Source: Leucoraja erinacea
Taxonomy: Eukaryota
Length of the DNA: 64,000 nt
NCBI RefSeq assembly: GCF_028641065.1
Contig: NC_073404.1
Coordinates: 11,904,001 to 11,968,000 of the forward strand
Direction of reading: 5' to 3'
Part shown: in pieces, positions 12,881 to 22,508 of the stretch
Layout: each line of letters opens with the position of its first letter
Position numbering within the stretch: position 1 is the stretch's first letter
Notes under the pieces: model-generated
What the model was told of the DNA's origin: nothing
Databases searched by the model: none
The model's input: only the letters and a program-made list of their open reading frames with translations
Program-made: the position numbers and the translations under genes

Positions 12881-14059
12881 GTGTTCAATATAAGCAGGGA
12901 ATGTTGGGTAATAAATCTCTCTCTCGTGATCCAGTGTGTAAGTCTTGTTCTTTATTCTGCCGTCCGGAATATAACAAAAACAATCCAACTTCAGCATATG
13001 GCTGATATCGGCAAATCTAGACAGCTTTCTGATAAACCTATTCGGCACCCCCTCCAAAGCCTTCACATCTGCGCAACTATGACCAAACTTCCTGACTCAA
13101 TTACGTCACCAATGAAGGCAAGCATGCCATACAACTTGCTTACCACTCTATCTACATATGTTGCTACCTTCAGGGAGCTATGGACTTTGACCCCAAGTTT
13201 TCACCTTTCATCAAAGCTGTATATCATCTTGCCAATAATTGTATAATTTCCTCTTTCATTTAACATACCAATGTACAACTCCTCACATTTGTTTGGATTA
13301 ATTTCTCTGCTATTTCTCCACCCATTTCTATAGTTGATTTAAATTCCACCTCACAACTTCTGGAATGCAACCTTGCTACTGATGTCCTTCATATGTTCAT
13401 CCATGCACCTTGTAAACCTGCTGAAGATTTCCATCTGCACCACTAACGATTGTCAGATGTTTACAGTCATGCTGGTTGGTGTTCTCTCTGCCAGCATAAC
13501 AGGTCCTTCCTGTTCACCCTGTCCAGAACTCTCAATTCCCTGGATTGAATCTTATTGCCTTGTTCCTTAATTTTAATAGCATTGTCATAGATTTACTAAC
13601 ATAGATTTACACGTCTTCTGTCCAACTTGTTCATTGCCTGGACTTATCCCTGTGTTTGGCCCACATCCCTTTAAACCTTTCTAATCTATGCACCTATCCA
13701 AATGTCTTTAAAACATTGAACTGCATCTTGAACTACCACCCCCACGAGCAGCTTGTTCCACTTGCCATCACTTTTTCTCTGTGAAAATGTTACCCCTCAT
13801 GTTTCTTTTTAAATCTCTTCCTTTCACCTTAAATCTAACCCTTCTAGTTTTAGTACACCCTGCCCTGGAGAAAACACTGCGACCATCTACCTTATCTGTA
13901 CTTCTCATGATTGGTTACAGCTCAACACAGTCATCCCTGCGGGACAGAAATACAGCAGATGCTGGAATCTTGGGCAAAACACAAGATGCCAGAAGCACTC
14001 AGCTGGTCAGAGAGCATCAATGGGCACTGTAAATCTTATAAAAAGGGGATCTTATAAAA

Positions 14060-15125
14060 ACATAAGAGTAGGAGTAAACGGGTCCTTTTCACAATGGCAG
14101 GCAGTGACTAGTGGGGTACCGCAAGGCTCAGTGCTGGGACCCCAGCTATTTACAATATATATTATGATCTGGATGAGGGAATTGAAGGCAATATCTCCAA
14201 GTTTTGCGGATGACACTAAGCTGGGGGGCAGTGTTAGCTGTGAGGAGGATGCTAGGAGACTGCAAGGTGACTTGGATAGGCTGGGTGAGTGGGCAAACGG
14301 TTTGGCAGATGCAGTATAATGTGGAAAAGTGAGGTTATCCATTTTGGTGGCAAAAAACAGGAAAGCAGACTATTATCTAAATGGTGGCTCGATTGGGAAA
14401 GGGGGAGATGCAGCGAGACCTGGGTGTCATGGTACACCAGTCATTGAAGGTAGGCATGCAGGTGCAGCAGGCAGTAAAGAAAGCGAATCGTATGTTAGCT
14501 TTCATTGCAAAAGGATTTGAGTATAGGAGCAGGGAGGTTCTACTGCAGTTGTACAGGGTCTTAGTGAGACCACACCTGGAGTATTGCGTACAGTTTTGGT
14601 CTCCAAATCTGAGGAAGGACATTATTGCCATAGAGAGAGTGCAGAGACGGTTCACCAGACTGATTCCTGGGATGTCAGGACTGTCTTATGAAGAAAGACT
14701 GGATACACTTGGTTTATACTCTCTAGAATTTAGGAGATTGAGAGGGGATCTTATAGAAACTTACAAAATTCTTAAGGGGTTGGACAGGCTAGATGCAGGA
14801 AGATTGTTCCCGATGTTAGGGAAGTCCAGGTCACAGCTTAAGGATAAGGGGGAAATCCTTTAAAACCGAGATGAGAAGAACTTTTTTCACACAGAGAGTG
14901 GTGAATCTCTGGAACTCTCTGCCACAGAGGGTAGTTGAGGCCAGTTCATTGGCTATATTTAAGAGGGAGTTAGATGTGGCACTTGTGGCTAAGGGGAGCA
15001 GGGGGTATGGAGAGAAGGCAGGTACGGGATACTGAGTTGGATGATCAGCCATGATCATATTGAATGGTGGTGCAGGCTCGAAGGGCCGAATGGCCTACTC
15101 CTGCACCTAATTTCTATGTTTCTAT
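14060..15125 (+). mobile_element. CR1 (HER1-like) LINE, 5'-truncated, RT and 3' end
   Basis: GVPQGSVLGP, FADD and LVRPHLEYCVQFWSP motifs; (TTCTATG)n tail; frameshifts. Confidence 0.92.
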
Positions 15126-15136
15126 AACATTCTTAA

Positions 15137-15475
15137 GGGTAGATGCAAGAAAAATGTTGGGGGAGTCCAGAACCAGGGGTCACAGTTTAAGAATAAGGGG
15201 TAGGCCATTTAGGACTGAGATGAGGAAAAACGTTTTCAGCTTGAGAGTTGTGAATCTGTGGCATTATCTGCCACAGAAGGCAGTGGAGGCCAATTCACTG
15301 GATGTATTCAAGAGAGAGTTAGATATAACTTTTAGGGTTAAAACGGAATCAGGGAATATGGGGAAATGGGAACAGGGTACTGATTCTGGAAGATCAGCCA
15401 TGATCATATTGAATGGCAGTGCTGGCTCAAAGGGCCGAATGGCATACAACTGTACATATTTTCTATGTTTCTATC
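15137..15475 (+). mobile_element. CR1 LINE 3' fragment
   Basis: ESRTRGHSLRIRG motif and the same 3' tail as the adjacent copy. Confidence 0.85.
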
Positions 15476-15789
15476 AGATGTCCATTCTCTCCACAGATGC
15501 TGCCTGGCCCGCCGAGTTTCTCCAGGACTTGGTGTTTTGATGCCGGGATTTCAGCATCTGCAGTCTCTCACGTGCCCATCACTGAGATGCTAGACACAAA
15601 ATGCTGGAGTAACTCAGCGGGACAGGCAGCACCTCTGGAGAGAAGGAATGGGTGACGTTTTGGGTCGAGACCCATCCATCCCTCAGTCTCCATTGCTGCA
15701 GGGAAAACAGTCCCAGCCTCTCACTCTTTGGCCAGAGGAAGGTCAGTCCCGGGAGAGGGGACTCCCTGGGACCGGGATTCCCCCCTCAA

Positions 15790-15960
15790 CTGTTGCAACC
15801 CGCCGTCGCCTAGCAGCGGCATCGAACCCGCACGCCATTACGTCACCGCGCGCAGCCCAATTGGACCACGAGGCCCACCGCCCCTCCCTCGACGCGCCCA
15901 CCCATTGGTTGGACTCGCTGTCAGTCACGGCACCACGTCCCCGCCCACGGGGTTTGAAGG
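15790..15960. promoter_or_regulatory. CpG-rich promoter/enhancer-like island in PPM1D intron 1
   Basis: TTACGTCA (CRE-like), CCAAT/ATTGG boxes, CCGCCC GC boxes and an X-box-like GTCGCCTAGCAGC within ~170 bp. Confidence 0.45.
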
Positions 15961-16972
15961 TGTCTCAGGGTTCCATTGGAAATGTAACGAGTTGCGGGGC
16001 TGCAGTCAGTGTTAGCCTGGCTATCCCACTCCAAGACATCCCTACCCCTCCACACCTTCAGCCCTACCACAATCCAAAGCTCTGCAACCGTACCCCCATA
16101 TTTATATCAAATTAATTCAACACGCCCCCCCCCCCCCCCCCCCAAGACAGACAGTTCTTTTTTTGAGAGAGATACGGCACAGAAACAGGTACTGAAGAGG
16201 GGTCTCGGCCCGAAAAGTCACACATTCATTTTCTCCACAGATGCTGTCTGACCCGCTGAGTAACTCCCGTTTTATCTTCTGTCTGTCTTCGGTTTAAACC
16301 AGCATCTGCAGTTCCTTCCTACATGCCGTCCCTCTTCCTCCAACATGAGTCTCCAACAAGCTACATATAGGGTTTTATATATATTTTAAACGATAAACAA
16401 ATTATTGAAATATAATCACTGTAGGGTCTGAGTTCGGGAAGCTTAATTTCATTTCGCCGCCGTTTTGTAAGCTTTGGCGCCTTGGAAACCAACCGCTACA
16501 TTTGAATAGAGCGTCCTTTCCGACTGCGAATCATTGTCAGAAATTAGGTGTGGTGGGCAAGCAGGCAGGCCTTGCGTCAAACGCCGCCTGAGCAGAGTTC
16601 ATGCCTGAAGGTTGTTAATTCAAAAGGACAAGCACACGCCGGCCGCTCTCGAGCTCCTAACAGCTGACGACAAACGTTGAAATTATCCTCCCCGAAGCAT
16701 CCAGCGAACTGAACTACTTATAGGCTTTATTTTCAAAATATCTCCAACATTCTCCTATACTCACATCACCTATCTGCCTTAAGGCGCCCAGATCGGCTCA
16801 GAGGTTAATCAGATACCAAGCAAACAACCAGTACGGCAGCCTGTACCAGCGGCCTGCGTTCCCAGGCCGTGCCACCTACTGATCCCGGTTCTCCGTTCCC
16901 TGCCACCACGGCCGTCCATACCCTGTCCGCCGGCCAGTACCCCCATCATCTGCCCTGATCCCTGCCACTCAC

Positions 16973-17345
16973 GGAGCTTCTTCCACATGGCGTAATGACA
17001 GGCGATGAATCCTTTACGTATGGCGCCACGGAATTCCTCGGGATCTTCCGACAGAAACCCGCGCTGCTTCTTGATGCACTTCCACAGGTTGTCGCGGGCG
17101 AAGACCGCTGCCTCCCGCCCGCCGTGACCGTCAAACACGGCGAAGAAGGCCACTCCGGGCCGGGGCTTCGGGCCCTGCTCGCCGTCGCCCTCCTCCTCCG
17201 CTTCCTCCTCCTCGCCGGCGCTCTCGGCCTCCCTGGGCCCCGGCTCGGGTTCGATCACCACCTGGGTCACATCCTCCATGTATTTCCTACCACCCTGGTC
17301 GGAATGAACACTGACCCGCAGCGAGAAAAGGCTGTGAGCCGCCAT
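16973..17345 (-). CDS. PPM1D: PPM1D exon 1
   Basis: gcgATGg start; 373 nt to CTC C|gtgagt. Encodes [18 protein letters not shown]...[14 protein letters not shown]...[16 protein letters not shown]. The six exons sum to 1569 nt (522 aa plus stop). Confidence 0.97.
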
Positions 17346-17870
17346 CGCCGCCGCCGGGTATTGTTTACCTCCAGGGGTGTTTGGGCATGCCCGAAACGTC
17401 AGCGCGTACAGCGCATCATCACGCAGAGGCAGCGCATTACATCACCATCCCTTGTTTACGCCATCGCGCAGAGGCAACGTATTACATCACCATCACTTGT
17501 TGCTACATCATCGCGCAAGGCCAATGCATTACGTCGCATTGCGTCAACGATGACGCAAAAAGTCATGGTGATCGGTTTGATTGCGTCATCACGCACAGGC
17601 GCTGTGGGGCAAAGAGAGGGCCTGTCCCCAGTCAAACCCAACGGCCATCGTGCCCTGAGTGAACGTGTCATAGCAACGCACAAGGGTAAATGCATTGCAT
17701 CACCATCCCTTGTTTCTGCGTCATCGCCATAAGTCCTGCCGATAAGTCACAAACAGGGCAAAGAGAGGGCCCATTCCCAGTTTGATCACCCTCATTGACC
17801 ACGCCACATCATGGCACACAGCCGAACGTCTTGCATCCCCACCCCTTGTTGGTACGTCATCGTAAACCGG
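17346..17870 (-). promoter_or_regulatory. PPM1D promoter/5'UTR CpG island with p53 half-site and bZIP-site array
   Basis: GGGCATGCCC at 17383-17392; repeated ATTACATCA, ATTGCATCA and ATTGCGTCA; high CpG density directly upstream of the ATG. Confidence 0.7.
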
Positions 17871-18004
17871 CTTGATTACGTTGTCTCACATGGGATGGTG
17901 TCTGGTTCAATGGACATCTCCCTTCTCCTATGACATCCTGGGATCTCATCATCTTCCACCCCTGGTTTTTGAGAATAGGCAAGGCTCCCATTGTGGAAAA
18001 GCAC

Positions 18005-18500
18005 GTGCACCTCATCTAACCTCATCTACTGCATCTGGTGTTCCTGATGTGCCCTCCAGTACATCTGTGAGACCAAGCATAGACTCAGCGACAGTTTCGC
18101 TGAACACTTGCGCTTGATCCACCAGTGCACATTGGATCTTCCTGTTGCTCACTATTGTAACTTCCCTTCTCATTACCTTACTGAACTTTCTGTCTTGGGC
18201 CTCCTCCATTGCCAGAGTGAGGCCACACACAGACTGGAGGAACAGCACCTCATATTCCACTGAAGCAGTTTAAATCCCAATGGCAAAACATTGAATTCTC
18301 CAAGTTTAGGTAACAACTTTTCATTCCTCCCCCTGTGCCCCACCTAAACTCTCACCAATCTTTTTCTTTCCCCTCCCCTTCCACTTGCATTCCTTCCGCA
18401 GGTTTCACAACTCTTCAATCCTTTTGTCTCGCATGATTTGCCTTGCATGATTTGCCTTTTCATCTCTGGCCTTCTCTGGCTGAGTTATTCCAACACTTTG
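18005..18500 (+). mobile_element. Penelope-like element 3' fragment (GIY-YIG), degenerate
   Basis: Remnants of SSNLIYCI.C...ETK and LGLLHCQSEA...EEQHLIF. Confidence 0.75.
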
Positions 18501-18809
18501 GGTTTTTTTTTAATGAGGAAAACTTTGTTTACTCAGCATGCAGTTGGAATCTGAAGATGTGGTGGAGGTAGGTTCCATTGTGGCTATAACGAGTGAATTG
18601 GATTAGTATGTGGCAAAGAAAAAATTGCCACAGAGTAAGGGCCGGGTGTGGAACAAGAGAGCCTCTGGAGTGGGTTGCCAGGACAGATGTGTGTTATTTT
18701 CTAACCATTCAATTATTTTATAACAGTTTTCCAACACCATTAATGCTAAGCCAAGACTAACCTGACACATGTGGGGTGACTCACTGGGAGTTAGTGCTCA
18801 ATCCATTTG

Positions 18810-19130
18810 ATTGATTGAAGAGATTGAAAGATATAGCATAGAAACAGGCCCTTCCGCCCACCAAGTCTATGCCAACCATCAATCAACTGTTCACATTAGT
18901 TCAATGTTATTCAACTTTCTCATCCACTCCTGACACACTTGGGGCAATTTATAGAGGCCAATTAACCGATAAACCCAGGTCTTTGTGATGAAAACTGGAG
19001 TACCCAGAGGAAACTCATGCAGTAACAGGGAGAAGATGCAAACTCCACAGAAACAGCTGAATTCAGAATCGAAGCCGGGTCTCTGGTGCTGTGAGGCAGA
19101 GGCTCTACCAGCTGTGCCACTGTGCCGCCC
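18810..19130 (-). mobile_element. tRNA-headed SINE
   Basis: Minus strand begins GGCGGCACAGTGGCACAGCTGGTAGAG...GACCCGGCTTCGATTC, with a CR1-type tail. Confidence 0.8.
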
Positions 19131-19169
19131 TTGGTGCTGAATCCATCCATCCATCCATCTATCTATCTA

Positions 19170-20226
19170 TCTATACATAACTAAAACTCTGATCTTGTGC
19201 TTTTCCGGTTTGAGTAGTTTTTCTATTTGCGCAGAAACAGTACACGATAGCGCTACCTTTTTTGCCACCTTACCATTCTCCTGTGCTCAAGTGCAACAAG
19301 TTTTGTTCCGATCGATGGTATATTGTAAAAGTTATTAAGGTTTAAAAATCGTATAAACCGCGCATGCGCAGATTGGTGTCAGTTACCGCCACGCAGTTTG
19401 GTCTCCTCTCCTGTCAATCAGGAAGGGGCATCGCCGGGATTGCCCGCACCCGCTGTCAGTCGGCTGGAGGTCGCCAACTCGCCACCGGCGTCGCGGTGAA
19501 GGAGTGGCAGCGGCCGGCAACGCACGACGAGCTGCGGCCGCTCGGTACCTGGTGGGGAGGGTGGTGCCACGGGCTGAGCCCGGGGATTGGCCTGGACTGG
19601 AACCAAGCCTGGTGCTGGAGCTGGAGTGAGGGCTGAACCCGGTGCTTGGGATGGGGCCGTAACCGGGACCGAGAAAGAAGCCGCTGCCTGGGCTGGAACC
19701 AAGGACGAGCCTGGGTCCGGGGTCAAGGACAAGCCCGGAGATGAAGTCGGGGCGTGGATTGGAGCCCAGGCAGCGGCCGAGCTGAGGCATGGAGTCTACA
19801 GCCAGGGCCAGGCCGAGTACGAGAACCAGGCTGAGTTCCAGGCCCTGGCGCTGCTCTACGACCTGGGTAGATGCTGGGGCAGGGAATGGTAGTGAGGGTC
19901 GGAGGATGAGGGAAATGAGGAAGAGGGAGATGGGGTGGGGAGTGAGGTGGTAGAGGGAGATGGGGGGGGTGTGGAGGAGGGAGGTGGTAGAGGGAGATGG
20001 GGGGGGTGTGGAGGAGGGAGATGGGGTGGCAGAGGGAGATGGAGAGAGTGTGGAGGAAGGAGGGGGGGTGGGAGAAGGGCGATGGGGAATATTGGAATAT
20101 TGCATTGGGGGAACGGGTTGCCTTGGGGGAATGGATGGGTGATGGAATATTGCGCGCGGGAACGGGTTGCGTTGGGGGACCAGGCCTCCCATGTGACAGG
20201 GACCCAACGGTTCCCACTTAGACTAA
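19170..20226 (+). mobile_element. non-autonomous Helitron-like element with captured gene fragment
   Basis: 5' A|TCTATACATAACTAAAAC; 3' hairpin GGGACCC-AAC-GGTTCCC (20199-20215), 7 nt, then CTAA|T (CTRR). No TSD and no TIR. Confidence 0.65.
19425..19866 (+). pseudogene. SAC3D1-like (SAC3/GANP domain) exon fragment, frameshifted and internally deleted
   Basis: Collinear motifs RLEV, AVKEWQRPA..ELRP, RYLVGRV and LRHGVYSQG..NQAEFQALALLYDLG|gt resemble remembered human SAC3D1 (RLEV, AVKEYSRPA..QLRP, RYLAGEV, AFQGLFLLYNLG). Confidence 0.65.
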
Positions 20227-20349
20227 TATTTTTTAAATATTGAGAGTTGGAAATGTTTATGCAAGTTAGTGAAAGCCAATATACAGGCACTGAGGCAGCT
20301 GAGAAAACGTTTGGTATGTTGACCTTTATTGCAAGAGGATCTGAATGAC

Positions 20350-21735
20350 AACAGACAATAGACAATAGGTGCAATAGATGAGTAGGTTATTCGGCCCTTC
20401 AAGCCAGCACCGCCATTCAATGTGATCATGGCTGATCATCCCCAATCAGCACCCCGTTCCTGCCTTCTCCCCATATCCCCTGACTCCGCTATCTTTAAGA
20501 GCCCTATCAAGCTCTCTCTTGAAAGTATCCAGAGAACCGGCCTCCACCGCACTCTGCGGCAGAGAATTCCACACTCACAGCTCTCTGTGAGAAAAAATGT
20601 TTCCTCGTCTCCGTTCTAAATGCCTTACCCCTTATTCTTAAACTGTGGCCCCTAGTTCTGGACTCCCCCAACATCGGGAACACGTTTCCTGCCTCTAGCG
20701 TGTCCAAACCCTTAATAATCATATATGTTTCAATAAGATCCCCTCTCATCCATCTAAATTCCAGAGTATACAAGCCCAGCCGCTACATTCTCTCAGCATA
20801 TGACAGTCCCGCCATCCCGGGAATTAACCTTGTAAACCTACGCTGCACTCCCTCAAATTAGGGGACCAAAACTGCAAACAATACTCCAGATGTGATCTCA
20901 CTAGGGCCCTAACTGCAGAAGAACCCTCTTTGCTCCTATACTCAACTCCTCTTGCTATAAAGGCCAACGTGCCATTTGCTTTCTTCACTGCCTGCTGTAC
21001 CTGCATGCTTACTTTCATTGACTGATGAACAAGGACCCCTAGATCCCATTGTACTTCCCCTTTTCCCAACTTGACACCATTTAGATAGTAATCTGCCTTC
21101 CTGTTTTTGCTGCCTCACATTTATCCACATTAAACTGCATCTGCCCTCTCACCCAATCTGTCCAAGTCACCCTGCATTCTCGTAGCATTCTCCTCACAGT
21201 TCACACACCCGCCCAGCTTTGTGTCATTTGCAAATTTGCTTATGTTACTTTGAATCCCTTCATCTAAATCATTGATGTATATTGTAAATAGCAGCGGTCC
21301 CAGCACCGAGCCTTGCGGTACCCCACAAGTCACTGCCTACCATTCTGAAAGGGACCCTACTGTGTCTTTCCTGTCTGCCAACCAATTTTCTATCCATGTC
21401 AGCACTCTACCCCCAATATCATGCGCCCTAATTTGGCCCACTAATCTTCTATGTGGGACTTTATCAAATGCTTTCTGAAAGTCCGGGTACACTACATCCA
21501 CTGGCTCTCTCTTGTACATTTTCCTAGTTACATCCTCAAAAAATTCCAGAAGATTAGTCAAGCATGATTTCCCCTTTGTAAATCCACGCTGACTCGGACC
21601 GATCCTATTACTGCTATCCAAATGTGCTGCTATTTCATCTTTTATAATTGACTCCAGCATATTCCCCACCACCGATGTCAGGCTAACTGGTCTATAATTC
21701 CCTGTTTTCTCTCTCCCACCTTTCTTAAAAAGAGT
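20350..21735 (-). mobile_element. CR1 LINE, 5'-truncated, (CTATTGT)n tail subfamily
   Basis: NYRPVSLTS, DFQKAFDKVPH and GVPQGSVLGP motifs on the minus strand; tail at ~20350-20368. Confidence 0.92.
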
Positions 21736-22361
21736 GTATGAGTAAAGACGTCCCACTCGAGTTATATTCTTCTTCTCTTCGTAGGCAGTGCCTCAGGGTC
21801 AGGGCTGACTTGTTTCCACTCTGGTTTTGTGGGTATGAGGCGGCTGATGACTGAAGACGTTTCCACATGGAGATACAAGGGACTGCATATGTTGGAATCT
21901 CGAGCAAAACAGAAAGTACTGGAGGAACTCAGCCGGTCAGGCAGCATCTGTGGAAGGAATGGTCAGATGGCTTTTCGGGCCTGAAGAAGGGTCCTGGCCA
22001 GAAAAGTCATCTGTCCGAGGAGAGAAATCTGAAAAAGAGAGGGATGGGGGTGCAGGACTAACCACATGATAGGTGGTTACAGGTGAGGGGAAAGGGAAAA
22101 GGGGGACTCGGAAATAACTATGAAGGAGAGGAAAGTAGTAGGGTGTGTGAATAAGGGGGAGTGATAGATGGTGGGGAAATGGGAGCGTGCCAGGTGGGGA
22201 CACTGCACAGGGGGAGAGGGTAGAGGGTATTACTTGAATTGGAAGTCGAAGACGGACGGGGAGGGGTCAGAGTATAGAGTCGGACAGCACGCAAACAGGC
22301 CATTCAGCCCCACTTGACCATGGCGGCCAGGCTCTATGCGGCCGGTACGATTGGCCGGTCG

Positions 22362-22508
22362 TCAGGCCGGCAAGACTCTGTTGCCGCCCCTCTCGGACAG
22401 GTCGATGGTCTTGGTGTTGCTGCCGGCTGCGGAGCCGGAGCTGGTCTCCTCGCTGCCGCCAAGCGGGTCACGGCCACAACACAGGGTGGTCACCAGGCAT
22501 GTCCGGAA
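22362..22508 (-). CDS. OPNP: pinopsin exon 5
   Basis: cag|TTC CGG; FRTCLVTTLCCG...NRVLPA*, 147 nt. Includes helix 8, the CC palmitoylation site and a terminal VxPx. Confidence 0.9.
   Translation of the reverse strand, partial: FRTCLVTTLCCGRDPLGGSEETSSGSAAGSNTKTIDLSERGGNRVLPA

Noticed and set aside
16995-17732. 245-aa + strand ORF
   Set aside because: Antisense shadow of GC-rich PPM1D exon 1 plus the promoter repeat; no recognisable domain.
19425-19892. A functional SAC3D1 gene
   Set aside because: The motifs fall in different frames with large deletions, and no second exon was found downstream.
19383-20207. 274-aa minus-strand Pro/Ser-rich ORF
   Set aside because: Antisense of a purine-rich repeat and the captured fragment; low complexity.
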